Below, piece by piece: positions 11,001-23,606 of a DNA stretch of 64,000 bases; position 1 is the stretch's first letter, and every line of letters starts with the position of its first letter. The translations under genes were made by a program, and so were the position numbers. Origin of the DNA: Heteronotia binoei (taxonomy: Eukaryota); contig NC_083231.1 of assembly GCF_032191835.1 (NCBI RefSeq), positions 91,512,001 through 91,576,000 on the forward strand. Direction: 5' to 3'. The notes below the pieces were generated by a model. The model had not been told where the DNA came from. It made no database searches and was given only the letters and a program-made list of their open reading frames with translations.

Positions 11001-14000
11001 AGGCAGAGGGAAACCACTTGTCCTTGGCAGGCTCAAGTTTGGACCTCTGCTCTGTTGTGAAGTTGACTGCATGACCTTGGTACTTCTCTCAGTCTAACCT
11101 ATCTCATAGGAATGCTGATTAAATTAACAGGAGGGGAGATATTAAGATCCATTGAGCTTACCGGAGGAAGGTTGGGATAACAGATAGTTTGAATGCTTGG
11201 CAAAGGAGAAATGCTACAGCTCTGCCCATTTTGACTTGAAAATACCTGGATTCATTTGTGAATTGTGAAAACGGAGACAGCTACTGCTCATTGGTAAAGC
11301 TCCTGCTTCACATGCAGAAGGACAGGTTCAGTCCTCAGCATTTCCAACCCAAAGGATGAGGTAATGGGTGATGTGAATGCTTCATAAGAACTAGCAATTC
11401 TCCATTTGCATGCCATTTCATGTTTGATTGTGTCTAGGGTTTTTTGCTATGAAATATCTGTGATGATATTTTTTTGGACATTGCTTAGAAACGTTGCATA
11501 GCCTGTACATGGTATAAAAGTATTGCAAAAGAAACAAAATTGGGATCAAAGTAAAAGGGCAAAATGAAAAGGCTTGTGAAAATAGCAGCATTAGAGAACA
11601 AGATTACAAAAGGTAGGGCATGTTTGTTCATCCCAACTTTTGAATCAGGCCCCAGAGTCCAGGTCCTCTGCAGCACTGAACTTTATTGTCCCTGAATGAT
11701 GGTGGTTTCCACACACGGACAGGCTTGTGTGCTTTCCCCATTGCTGATGTAGCTGATAGCTAATAACAGCAGTGGGGCTTCCACATGGCAGGTTATCTTG
11801 CTCCCAAATCCTCAGCAATGGCTATCGCCCAGCTTTTGAATTTTTAAAAAAATCAGCAAGAGAATTTTGTTACAATGTTATACCAGTATTTATACCATGT
11901 TCTCTAAATTCCCAACTTTCATTTAAAAAAGTAAGTCTCTAGCCTTTTCTATTTCAGAAATATGCCTTTCCCCTTATATCTCTGCAACAAAAGGGGCCAG
12001 AGACTTAGTTTTTTAAACAGAAGCTGTGAATTCAGAGAATATAGCACACATATGATATGATGTCATATCTCTATAACGATATTCTAGTGCTAATTAAGAA
12101 AAAGGAAAAGCCCTGAGAAGCAGGGAGAGGAAATGGATGGTATTAGGGGAAATCTTTGCTAATGTAGATAGGAAAATCTGAATTCTCCCATCCACACAAC
12201 AGTTATCTAGGCTTTACTGTGGTCTTTCCCAACAATTTGGAGCAAATCAGGTTTGAGAAAGATGAGTGAGCACACTATAATATTTGGGGAACAAGGAGCA
12301 AGCCTGTGGCAGATAGTTCTTGTAGAAATGGCTGATGAACTCCAGTACAGATATAAATAAGCAACCTCACACTCCAGTTGTGGTATGATTCTATATCTTG
12401 CCTTGCCTGCCAACTTCTTTCTTTGATATCTGTTAATCCTGTTCTGTTCTTCTCTTCCTCTGGTGTTTCTGATCTGTTCCTGAAAGACACTCAATTCCTT
12501 CACAGGCAGCCCTGAGATGCTGAGAGAAGGCCTCTGGGTTTTGCGAGATCAATATTGCCATAATCATTAATCCTGCTGTATAACTCTAATTATCACTGAA
12601 GTTTTGTGGGTGACATTTTCAAAACCAAAGCTGAATGGGGAGGAAGGAATTACTGGAGTACCCTTGTGAGTCTCCTTAAGTGAGAGAAATGTTGAATGCT
12701 GCCAGCTGGTGTGAGGAAGAATTTCTATTGTTGTTTTTAATTAGAGTCATTGAAAAGTCCTTGAGTGGATAGAGGATGAAGCCCTAAACCTTTCTCCCTA
12801 GAGACTATTGATTGAGGTGGAGCAAAGCCATTTTCTATTGATTCTGTATCTCAGTTGCTCTGTGAAGTATGGTCATGTTTACAGCAATTAGCCTCTAATT
12901 GGTCCTCCTGAAGCCACGGTCCTTGCCTGATAAAATGAGTTATAGTAGGAAAGGGAACTGTAATGTGGCACATTGTGAATATCCCTTCTCCGACTACATC
13001 AATGACGTGCAATCCTTTGTTCCCTTTACATACCTGGATGGATAATGAGACTTCTGCAGCATAATATTTATTTAAGCAGAGTTACAACATAGCAGGAGCT
13101 TATTTCTTCTGCTACTTATAGCCCTCAAACGAAAGCCAATGGCAATGGGCAGAGTTCAAGCACCCTGGAAATTGCTCCCACAAAATGTTTCACAAGATCA
13201 CGCGTGAAGTGCAATTTGTTCTGAGCAATTCTACCCTAGATCTGCCAGGCCTTTAAATCAAAGAAAGAAGAAAGATGAGAAAACTTGGTCTGACAACAGC
13301 CTCCAGTGCAGAGGAGGTTTATATATAATTCAACTGTATAATCTGTAGCAATGCTTTAACTCATTAGAAGTAGCAGTCCCCTTCAAGGAAGACCCTTTTC
13401 ATTTACATTCTGTTTAAAGGATCATTTCAAGTTATAATTTTTATTCAGTTGATATTTGGTGGTTGGCATGTAAAGCTATTATATTTGATTGTACTAGACT
13501 CCTGCAGACAAACAATAGCTTGTTAGTTCAAACTGCAATATGAAATTCCCCATTCAACACTGCTTCCTTGCCCCCATTTCTATGCTGGATCTTTCTTTTT
13601 GCCTCTGGGCATCCTAAGTTCCCTATTGCTTCATAGTCCTCAGTTTGTCCTAAAAAGCTGTTCTTTTCCTTAGAGCCTGTATGAGGTTTTATGCTAGCTA
13701 GTAGCTATGCCTACAACTGTCCCTGCTGTTGTACAAACTTGACTGCAAACATTCTGACAGCTTTGCTGTCTGAGCAGATGAGCTGTTCATGAACATTCCA
13801 TGTTGCCACTCCAGATTCACTAATGGGTATCAGAATTGTTGAAAAAAATCTCAACAAAATCAAAATCAGCTGAGACTAGAAATACCATAGGACAATTGCT
13901 TCTCCTCCCTTTTGAATTAACAACCAACAGGAGAAAAGCAGGTTGGGGAGAAAGTCTGAATAAAACCCCAAAAAACAGGCCATGCTGTGACTCTGTTCAA

Positions 14001-14303
14001 ATGCACAGCCTGCTTTTGATTAAGAAAAATAGGGGAAAGATACATCCAGCACTGCATCATCTACCTGGGGCTTTGGTCTTGCCTCTGGCTCCTACAGGGT
14101 CTTGCTCCAAGACCTAATGCTGAACTAACTCTGCTTGGCAGTCACCATTGCAGCAGATGGAAACACGGGCATTTTAATCAGACAAACTGTCTGCCTAGCA
14201 AACTTTGCAGCGCTCCCATGAGTTCCTAGTAACTCCAGACTCATCTGTAGTCTTCAGTCACAAAAAAGAGAGGGAGGGCACAGTTTGGGGAAGCAGATTT
14301 AGT

Positions 14304-14513
14304 TAGGGTTGCCAGGTTTACGTTGGGGAAAACCTGGAGACTTTGGGGGTGGAGCCAGGAGAGGGTGGGGTTTGAGAGGGAAGGCCCTCAGCGATGTACA
14401 GTGCCATAGAGTCCAAAGCAGCCATTTTCTCCAGGGGAGCTGATCTCTGCCAGCTGGAGATCGGTTGTAAAAGCAGGAGATCCCCAGGCTCCACTTGGAG
14501 GCTGGCAACCCTG
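14304..14513. mobile_element. Short TAGGGTTGCC-family MITE
   Basis: TIRs tagggttgccagg / ctggcaaccctg; collinear with 19464-19681 and with the host element at 43097-45200. Confidence 0.85.
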
Positions 14514-15385
14514 GCACTTGATCCTAACTTTTTATCTACCAGTAGCCTCAGGGGTTAACAGTGTTGGAATGTACAACAAGAGAAGGAGCTGCCTTAGAGA
14601 GAAACAAATGGAAAGCTAGTCGTATAGATTAGGGGCCTCAGTGGCACATGTGCCGTTACCTCACTTCTGAAGTTAATAGAGTAGTTCGAGGAATTGCTGG
14701 AAACTGTGGTAAAACCTGGTAGGGACTTAGAAGCACATGGGCCACTGCCTTAAAAAAAATCTACTGGCACTTGGAGTGGATGTAGGCAACAAGAACTGGG
14801 GCAGGGATTCTGCTAGACTGGGAGACTGGCAAGCCTAGGCCTGGCCCTTCCTCAGCTCACTGAAGTACTGTCTAACCTAATGGGAATACAGGTAAAGAAT
14901 AGACTCTATTGAGGGAATACAGCAAAGGAATAGACATTCAGAATGCAACAAACAAATAAGACTTGGTTCAGATATACCACCAAACCATGGCTTAGGGCAG
15001 GGGTGTTGAACTCATTTGTTATGAGGGCCAGATCTGACATAAATGAGTCCTTGTTGGGCCGGGCCATGTCGGGCTGGGCTATGTGTGTACATATTTAAGA
15101 TTAGGTAGCAGAGATATAAATTTTATAAAGAAACACAAACACTTTTTTAAAAAAAACTTAAAACATGATTAAAACATTGGCACTCATTGGTCTTAAAGAT
15201 GCTTTCTTTGTATTTCTCCCATGGGATTCAGAGAACTGGGCAAAGGAAGCTCTGGCTCTTTCCTTCCTTCTCCAGGGGACTGGGGGGGGAGAGCTTCAGA
15301 CAATAGGGAGGGACAGTGGCTCAGTGGCAGAGCATCTGCTTGGTAAGCAGAAGGTCCCAGGTTCAATCCCTGGCATCTCCAATTA

Positions 15386-15387
15386 TA

Positions 15388-15451
<64 letters not shown>
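15386..15451. repeat. (AAT)n microsatellite, an expanded L2 tail
   Basis: Uninterrupted aat repeats directly beyond the L2 3' end. Confidence 0.95.
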
Positions 15452-15455
<4 letters not shown>

Positions 15456-15712
15456 TTTATTTGTATCCCGCCCTCCCCGCCTCGGCAGGCTCAGGGCGGC
15501 TAACAACATTTCATAAAAACATACAATAATAGATAAAACCTTTAAATTTAACAATATAAAACATTAAATTTAACAACATTAAAAACCAGTCAATACAGTT
15601 AGGTAACTTGGTCTGACAGTGCTGATGGTGTTTGACGCTAGTTCTGCCAGTTTATACATAGCGGTATAGGTCTTTAGAGCCGCATTGGCGGATCCTTAAT
15701 TGACAGCTTTCT

Positions 15713-17689
15713 TTAGCAGTCCGAATATGCAAGTTTAAAGAGGGTGGTCTTGCAGGCCCTGCGGAACTCATCGAGGTTCCGCAGGGCCTGCACCTCCTCA
15801 GGGAGTTGGTTCCATAGGGCAGGGGCCACGATTGAAAAGGCCCGTGCTCTGGTATTCTGATGTTTAATCTCTTTCGGCCCAGGGATAGTCATTAGATTTT
15901 TCCCGGCTGACCTCAGTGCTCTCTGGGGTTCATATGGGGAAAGACGGTCCCTCAGGTAGGCGGGTCCTCGGCCATATAAGGCTTTAAAGGTAGTGACCAA
16001 CACTTTGTACTGGACCTGGTATATAATCGGCAGCCAGTGCAGTTCACGTAGCCCCGGCCGTATATGTTCCCATTTCGGGAGTCCCAACAACAGCCTGGCC
16101 ACCACGTTCTGCACTAGCTGCAGCCTCCAGGTTCGGCACAGAGGCAGCCCCATGTAGAGGGCATTACAGTAGTCCAGTCTTGAGGTGACCATCGTATGGA
16201 TCACTGTTGCTAGGTCCCGACGCTCTAGGAAAGGGGCCAACTGCCTTGCCCGCTTCAGATGGAAGAATGCTGACTTGGCAGTGGCTGCTATCTGGGCCTC
16301 CATCGATAATGAAGGCTCCAGTAAAACACCCAGGCTCTTTACCTGGTGCGCTGCTTTCAATGGCGCACCGTCGAAGGCCAGGAGAGCTATTTCCCCTCCC
16401 AGAGCGCTGCGACCCACACAAAGGACCTCTGTCTTCGCTGGATTCAGCTTCAGCCCACTCAGCCTAAGCCACGTCGCAACAGCCTGTAAAGCCCGGTTGA
16501 GATTCCCTTGGGTGGAGTCGGGCCGGCTGTCCATTAGTAGATAGAGCTGGGTGTCATCTGCATATTGATGGCAACCCAGCCCAAACCGCCGGGCAATCTG
16601 GGCAAGGGGGCGCATATAGATGTTGAACAGCATCGGGGAGAGAACTGCTCCCTGAGGCACCCCACAATCCAGTGTGCGCCTCCGGGACCGCTCACTCCCA
16701 ATAGCCACCCTCTGTCCCTGACCCAGGAGAAAGGAGGAAAGCCATTGCAAGGCCAACCCCTCAACCCCAATGTCGGCGAGGTGGCGCGTCAGTAGCTGAT
16801 GGTCGACTGTGTCAAATGCGGCCGACAGGTCTAACAGCATCAGCACCGCAACGCCACCTCGATCCAGTTGCTGCTGGAGGTCATCCACCAAGGCGACCAA
16901 CACCGTCTCCGTCCCATGGCCCGGCCGGAAGCCAGACTGGCATGGGTCTAGGACAGAAGCGTCATCCAGAAACCTCTGTAGCTGCAATGCCACAGCCCTC
17001 TCAATAATTTTACCTAAAAACGGTAAATTGGACACTGGACGATAGTTCGCCAATTCGGCTGGGTCTGCTGTAGCTTTTTTCAGGAGAGGGCAGACCAAGG
17101 CCTCTTTCAGAGGTGTTGGAAAATGCCCCACTAGGAGGGATCTGTTTATGATGTCCCGTAAAGGACATCCAAGCTCCCTCTGGCAAGATTTAATCAGCCA
17201 AGAGGGGCAAGGGTCCAGATCACATGTTGTCGGGCGAGCAGCGGAGAGGATTCTGTCGACTTCTTCCAGGCTGAGTGGGTCGAAGTGGTCCAGCACTAAG
17301 CCCGAAGATAGGCACGGAGCCTCAATTTCACTCACTGTATCCAATGTGGTAGGCAGGTCTTGGCAGAGCAACGAGATTTTATCTGCAAAGTATCTCGCAA
17401 ATGCCTCACAGCCTATTTCTAATGCTCTTACATTTGGTTTGCCTTGTGGCAGTGTTATAAGATCCCCAATTATTCTAAATAATTGTGCTGGGCGCGAGTT
17501 TGCAGATGCAATCTTGGTTGCAAAGTAATCTTTCTTTGCAGCCTTGACTGCCATCTCATAAGACTTCATAAACGTTCTATAGGATGTTCTCGTCGCTTCT
17601 TCCCGAGTATGCCTCCACTGCCTCTCTAGTCGTCTGAGCCCTTGTTTCAGCTGGCGCAGCTCCAAGGTATACCATGGAGCCAGCTTCAT
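15713..17689 (-). pseudogene. L2 ORF2 RT portion (658 aa open); upstream part frameshifted
   Basis: ORF track shows a continuous RT region; frame changes at ~18310, ~17880 and ~17750 break the link to the APE domain. Confidence 0.9.
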
Positions 17690-20073
17690 ACGAGGGCGCA
17701 GAGGACGCCGGGGTGCAATTTCGTCGATAGCCCTGGACAGCTGGCCTTGCTAGATTTCCACCAGGTCATCGAGGGAATTGCCAGTGGGCCAGGGATCCCT
17801 CAGGGCCATTTGGAACTGTTCCGGGTCCATCAGACCCCGAGGGCGAGCCGAAATAGGCTCTCCGCCCATACAGGGTTGGGGCAGCGTCCCATACGGGCCT
17901 TAAGGGCTAGGTGATCCGACCATGGAACCGCTTCTACGGTGATATCGTTCACCAAGATCCCGGACGCAAAGATCAGGTCTAATGTGTGCCCGGCCTGATG
18001 CGTGGGAGTCGTGACAAATTGAGAGAGTCCCAGTGTCGCCATGGACGACACTAGGTCCATCGCCTGAGTGGAGGCCGTGTCGTCGGCATGGACGTTGAAG
18101 TCACCCAGGACCATAAGCCTCGGGTACTCCAACGCCCAGCCTGCCACTGCCTCCAATAGTGATGGTAAGGCGTTAGCTGGTGCGTTAGGCGGACGGTACA
18201 CCAGCCAAACTGCCAACCCCTCTCCAACATCCCACGCCAGACCGGCGCATTCAATTCCATCAATCTTTGGGTCCACTAGAGCCCGAAAGGAGTAATCCTC
18301 CCGTATGAGTAGCGCTACCCCTCCCCCCGCCCGCTAATCCGTGATTGGTGAAAGACCGAGTATCCCGGGGGGGACATCTGGGAGAGAGCTACTGTCTCCC
18401 CGTCCCTCACCCAGGTCTCGGTCACGCAAGCCAGGTCCACGTTCTGCTGTAGCAGAAACTCCCTAAGGGTCGCGGTCTTATTATTTATGGACCTGGCGTT
18501 ACATAACACCAATGACAGAGGCGAGCATTTCCTCTTGGCCCCACTACCTGCCACCGTTGGGATGGGAAGTAGACTGGAAGGTGGCCGAGCACCATTTTGT
18601 CTCTGTCTCCTTCCGTTATATTTCTGTCTATTCCCACCGTCATATCTTCCCCTCCCCAGGAGCACTGGGATCCCTTGGCCAAACATCTGCACCAGCCCAA
18701 GGTAAACTCACCGGTATCACTCCCCCGATTTGTTTCCACCTGCCGTTCCGATTTACCCGTTCTCACCAACCCCTCCGATTCCCGGCTGATAGATCCACTA
18801 CTTGTATCTTAAGTTAATTAATTTAGTTAGCCCTCCCAATCCACTTTGCAATCAATTAGTTAAAAATTTCTGTAAGTTCGTTTGTTCTTAGCCTTATTAA
18901 TAAATAATCCCTCCCACCCCATCCTAATTAATAAGCTAAAAATTTTTATAAATATAAATATATTCAGTCGCTAATTGATTGATAAAATAATCAAATAATT
19001 AATTAACAATAATAATAATAGGTTCTATTAGTGAGCTATTAAAAAGGGTCCAGGCAAATAGCTGTGAAAAACCTCAACTGAGACCCTGGAGAGCCACTGC
19101 CAGTCTGAGCAGACAATACTGACTTGATGCACCAAGGGCTGATTCAGTATAAGGCAGTTTCATATGTTCATAATAGAAGGAAGAGAGGCTTGACTCAGTA
19201 GTGCTTCTGTGCAATTGAGAGTCTGGCAAAACAAGCTTCCCCCCCCCTTCCTCCCCAAGGGAGAAGCCTCAGCCAATGGAGAAAATAGTTTTGCTCTGTA
19301 GCTCCTGTGCAATTGAGCAAGCCTTGCAAAGCAAGCCGTGATGCAGAAGGAAGCAAGAGAGAGGGAGAAGGGAGCAGATGACAGCCAGTCGCTCAGGAGC
19401 CTGATAGGAGCCCCCCAGGGGCCTGATTCAGCCCCTGAATTGCATGTTTGACACCTCTGGCTTAGGGTTACCAGCCTCCAGGTGGGGCCTGGGGATCTCT
19501 CGCTTTTACAACTGATCTCCAGCTGACAGAGATCAGTTCCTCTGGAGAAAATGGCTGCTTTGAAGGGTGGACTCTATGGCATTGTTCCATGCTGAAGTCC
19601 CTCCTCTCCCCAAACCCTCCTCTCTCCCGGATCCACCCCCAAAGTCCCCAGGGATTTTCTAACCCAGAACTGGCAACCCTACCATGGCTTGATGCTGTGG
19701 AAATGAGCCTTGAAGAGCTTATCCCTATGATCTGTCCATCCCTCATATGCAACAGTAATTCAGGCATTGTCAACCTTTTAATTAATAGGAGCTGCTTCTC
19801 AATAATGACAATATACCAAGATACTTCCCCTTCCCCCTGGTTTATTACAGAGGTTTGCTCTCTTCTAGAAACAAAACATAAACTAGGAAGAGCACCAGAA
19901 ACAAAGTTATTAGCTAAGAAACACAGAGAAAAACCCTATGTAATAAAGGCTTTTTCCTAGAACAGATCTTTTTTTATAATCTCTTCCTGGGTTATCTGAG
20001 GAGTGCACAAGGAACTCTGCAGCAACTGGTGAGCTATCAGTAGTTTACAAGCTACCTATTAGAAACTCCTGAT

Positions 20074-20240
20074 CAGGGGTTATTTTGTAGAAAAAAAGGT
20101 GCAGGAGCTCAGTAGCATATCTCATTTGCATACGCCCCAAGATCTATGTGCAGTGGGGAGAGAACTCCCCACTGCATACAGACCCTGGCTGGAGGTTCAA
20201 GAGCTGTGCTCCTGTGAGCTCCTGCTGAATTCAAGCCCTG
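20074..20240. mobile_element. Short hAT MITE (family of 2684-2842)
   Basis: Ends caggggtta / aagccctg; TSD ctcctgat / ctcctaat (7 of 8 match). Confidence 0.85.
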
Positions 20241-20304
20241 CTCCTAATCTACTTAGTTGTTTCTGGACTGGCAACAAAATATCATTAGCTGTCACATCTG
20301 AACA

Positions 20305-20441
20305 TTAGAAAATAGAAAGAGTCCAGTAGCACCTTGAAGACTAACAAAATTTGTGGTAGGATATGAGCTTTTGTGAGTCATTGCTCACTTCTTCAGATAC
20401 TTTATTGCTACAGACAGATTAAGATAGCTACCCATCTTGAT
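20305..20441. mobile_element. 137-bp Penelope-derived mini-insertion carrying a hammerhead-like motif
   Basis: 11-bp TSD acatctgaaca (20294-20304, 20442-20452); gagtccagtagcacctt...gac.aacaaa is shared with 49890-49920. Confidence 0.75.
20361..20400 (-). ncRNA. Minimal type I hammerhead ribozyme motif with one core substitution
   Basis: Minus strand reads GTAT-CTGAAGA-a-GTGAG-caatga-CTCAC-AAA-AGCT-C-ATAT: stem I, core, 5-bp stem II and palindromic AGCT stem III. The G12 position reads A. Confidence 0.65.
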
Positions 20442-21488
20442 ACATCTGAACAGCCCTTGCCTGTTTTCCGAACCCTGGTTTGTTCCCAGCGTTTGAACAT
20501 TGGCTTGCAGGGCAAGTAGAAATTAGCACTTTTTTTGGTTCAGATGTAATTTATAAAATGTGGCTTCTTGTGATTCTTCCAAACAGCTAATTAGACTGTG
20601 GCGTGTGTAGAAATGATGGATTGAATGAATGAGTCACAAGCTCTGTTGGGGTTCGTATACATAGTGTAACATGGTCTTGCATCTTAATCAAGCTGGTATG
20701 CTAGAAACAATGTCATGCACATGGTGATTATTTTGATGAGTGATGTTTGTACATTTCTATATATTGCACTTCTGCTGGATCTCTTAAGTATCCCAATAAT
20801 GGATCAAGTGGAATGGTAAAGCAATCCCAATGTACCCTTACATGGTCTGGGACCAAGGAATATTTGGAGTCGCTTTCTCCAATAAGATAGTTTCAGAGGG
20901 TAGCCATATTGGTCTTCAGTAGAGCAGCTTGGTTCAAATTCAGCAGCACCTTAGAGACCAACAAGTCAAGGCTTCCTTCAGCCCTTTGTCTTTTCTCCCA
21001 TAAGGACTCTCTTGTTGGCTGAAGTCTATGATGAAAACCCCGTTGCATGGGGCCTCAGCTAGACTGAGTTGATTTGGGTAAGCATCAGAGCTAACGCCCT
21101 TATGGCCCTTTGGTTATGGAACTCCCTTTTAACAGTGGTTCACTTGTTGTTTAGCCATCTGAGTTTTAGATGCTAGCTGAAACCACTTCTGTTTCCCCAG
21201 GATTATACTCAATGCGTATGTGTGTGAATTTTCATCTCCTCTCCCCAAGGTTCCATTGTGTATTGTTTATTGTCTTGTTCCTTCTTAGCCCTTGTTATTG
21301 ATTGACTACTGTTTATGGGTTTTTTTTCCTGATCTGAGCTGCTTAAGGGCTTTTTAATGTGCTGGCATTAACAGTTAGTATGGGTTGCATCTTGTTTGGT
21401 TTTACATTTTTACTGCTTATTGATATATACTTTGTTTTGTATAGGAGCTGTTACAACATTATGCTAGAAAATAGGGCAGAATTTCCCC

Positions 21489-21830
21489 TAGGCTTGCCAA
21501 TCCCCAGGTCCTAGCGGGGGTTCTCCTGCTTTCCTAGGCTCCTTCCTGCCCCCAGTCAGCTGACCGGTGGGGGAAGCCCCACCCACACAGCCATCACCCT
21601 CCGGAGGCTTCAGTCTCTACTTGAGAGAGCTTTCCTCTTTGGATGGTGTGTCTGCGTCTTTAAGGCTGAAGGGGAGTGTGGGGGGGTGAGGAGGAGGCAG
21701 AACAACATGGCTGTGAAAGGAGCCCAGACCTTCCGTTTGTTGCACAATCCTTGCAGAAGTCGTTTGCATAGTGCGAAGGTAAACTTGAACCTTTGGTTGC
21801 CCTGTGTTACTGTGAAAAACTTGAAAGTTC
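21489..21830. mobile_element. TAGGCTTGCC-type MITE
   Basis: Starts taggcttgccaatccccaggtcc; the same head occurs at 24148, 63420 and (minus strand) ~49700; right boundary approximate. Confidence 0.6.
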
Positions 21831-21843
21831 AGCAACTCGTGAG

Positions 21844-22319
21844 TAGAGGTGCCAATCCCCAGGTGGGGGCAGGGGAGCCCTGGTTTGGAGGCCCTCCGGA
21901 GCTTCAGGGTAATCAGAAACGGGGCAGGGGAGGGAGGGAAATATCTGCTGGACCATAGGGTATAATGGAGAATTAATCCTGGGTTATCTGAGGCTCTGGA
22001 GGGGTGGGTTTTTGAGGTAGAGATACCAATTTTCAGGGTAGCATCTGATGAGTCTATTCAAAAGGCTCTCCAAGTTTCAAAAAGCTTTGACCAGGGTGTC
22101 CAATTTTATGAGCCCCAAAAGAAGGTGCCCTTATCCTTCATTATTTCTAATGTAGGGAAGGCATTAAAAAGGTATGTGGTCCCCTTAAATGTGATGGCCA
22201 GAACTTCCTTTGAAGTTCAATAGTGCTTGTCACAACTTTGCTTATGGCTCCACCCCCAATGTCTCCTGGCTCCACCCAAAAGTCCCCAGATATCTCTTGA
22301 ATTGGACTTGGCAACCCTA
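21844..22319. mobile_element. Long TAGGGTTGCC-family MITE
   Basis: Collinear with 42300-42830; ends ttggcaacccta. Confidence 0.85.
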
Positions 22320-23437
22320 ATTTCCCCCCAGTATATAAACATAGAGGTAGACATAGCACATAAACCCTAGTCATGTCCTATAGAATCACAGAGCTGGAAG
22401 GGGCCATACAGGCCATCTAGTCCAATCTCCTGCTCAATCAGGGGTTGACCAAACCCCTTGCTTTATTCATAGTAGACACAGAAGATGGTGAAGGTTGGAT
22501 CCATCCAGTCTGGCCCCATCAGCTCCACATATGATGATGCTTGAACCTGCAGGAGACTTAAAAACAAGTTTTTTAAAAAAAAATGAAGAGGGATTTTGTA
22601 TGTTAAAGTTGGAGACTCTTCGACCTATAGTTAGAGACATTTCTCCTTTAAGCATGCAAAGATACCAGGGCAAAGTTAGTTTCAAGCACAAAGAATAGGA
22701 CAATTCCTTATGTGATAGGGTATAATTACTGAGTAACATCATTCCACTAATGTAATGGTAATTATTGTAATTACTTTTATTTACATACACTCAAATGCTG
22801 TGTTAAATGCTGTAATTAATGTGAGGGCCACTTTTATGGTTTGTGACATGTGAAATGAGAGAGGATTCAAGCACAGTTATCTCCTCCGGCTACTCCATTT
22901 CTCTGGAGGCAAATGAATTATTTAGCTTGAGATTCAAGATGCTGTTGGCCAAATCCTCTCCGCTGCAGAAATAAGGGCAGAAGCACTCTTAGAATACACT
23001 ATGGGAGACATCAGAAAAGATCTGGAATTTGCTTGCAGTCAGTGTTCAGAGCTTTTTCTTCATCAAATTTCCCTCCATATGCATAATAATTTCCCTTCCT
23101 TGAACAATTTCTCTTTGGTCTTGTCTTAAAACACACTTCATGAGGTAACAGAACAGCCACATTAAAATAAAGGACACCAATGCAACCATTGCAATAGGTC
23201 AACAATTAAACCACATCTGCTCAGTTTTCTAGAAGTGAAATCAGGGACTAATAAATAGTCACATTAGAAAACAATGAAAGTGGTTGGTGGGAGGGTCTGG
23301 CTACCACTGGTTGGGTTGCCCCCTCCCCTCTATATGCATATTTACCATAACTCATGAACAAAAACCACAGAAATAGCTCATGAACTCTTAAATGCAATAA
23401 TTGGCTCTTAAATGTAATAATTGTAAACATTTATATG

Positions 23438-23606
23438 CAGGGGTGGAATTCTAGCAGGAGCTCATTTGCATATTAGGCCACACACCCCTGATATAGCCAA
23501 TCCTCCGAGAGCACACAAGGCTCTTTTTTGAAACTCTTGGAGGATTGGCTACATCAGTGGGGGTGTGGCCTAATATGCAAAGGCGCTACTGCTAGAATTC
23601 CACCCA
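23438..23606. mobile_element. Palindromic hAT MITE
   Basis: Arms gggtggaattctagcag...gcatattaggccacac / gtgtggcctaatatgc...ctgctagaattccaccc; tttatatg duplicated at the flanks. Confidence 0.85.

Larger units (their letters stand above)
15383..19037 (-). mobile_element. Long L2-clade LINE with APE endonuclease and RT
   Basis: APE motifs LCNARSINNK, VTETW, LGDFNVH, TLDL and WSDH (ORF pieces 18315-18692 and 17830-18276). RT motifs YRPVSNL, LDLSAAFDTV, GVPQGAVLSP and YADDTQL. 3' stem-loop plus (att)n tail at 15383-15505. Confidence 0.95.
15307..19171 (+). mobile_element. tRNA-derived SINE (head 15307-15381, body ~19038-19171) split by L2
   Basis: Head gtggctcagtggcagagcatctgct...ggttcaatccctggcatctcca; body aaaaagggtccaggc...ttcatatgttca; aatag is repeated at both flanks. 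Confidence 0.8.
14998..19459. mobile_element. CAGGGGTGT hAT MITE (14998-15306 plus 19172-19459), same family as 6423-6998
   Basis: TIRs caggggtgttgaac / gtttgacacctctg; 8-bp TSD gcttaggg (14990-14997, 19460-19467). Confidence 0.9.
14993..19681. mobile_element. Outer short TAGGGTT MITE (14993-14997 plus 19468-19681) hosting a nested series
   Basis: 8-bp TSD ccatggct (14985-14992, 19682-19689); TIRs tagggttacc / ggcaacccta. Confidence 0.85.

Noticed and set aside
15307-15381. tRNA gene
   Set aside because: The anticodon arm is non-canonical and the sequence continues into a SINE body at ~19038, so it is a SINE head.
15165-15554. Poly-Ile and poly-Tyr ORFs
   Set aside because: These are translations of the (AAT)n microsatellite.
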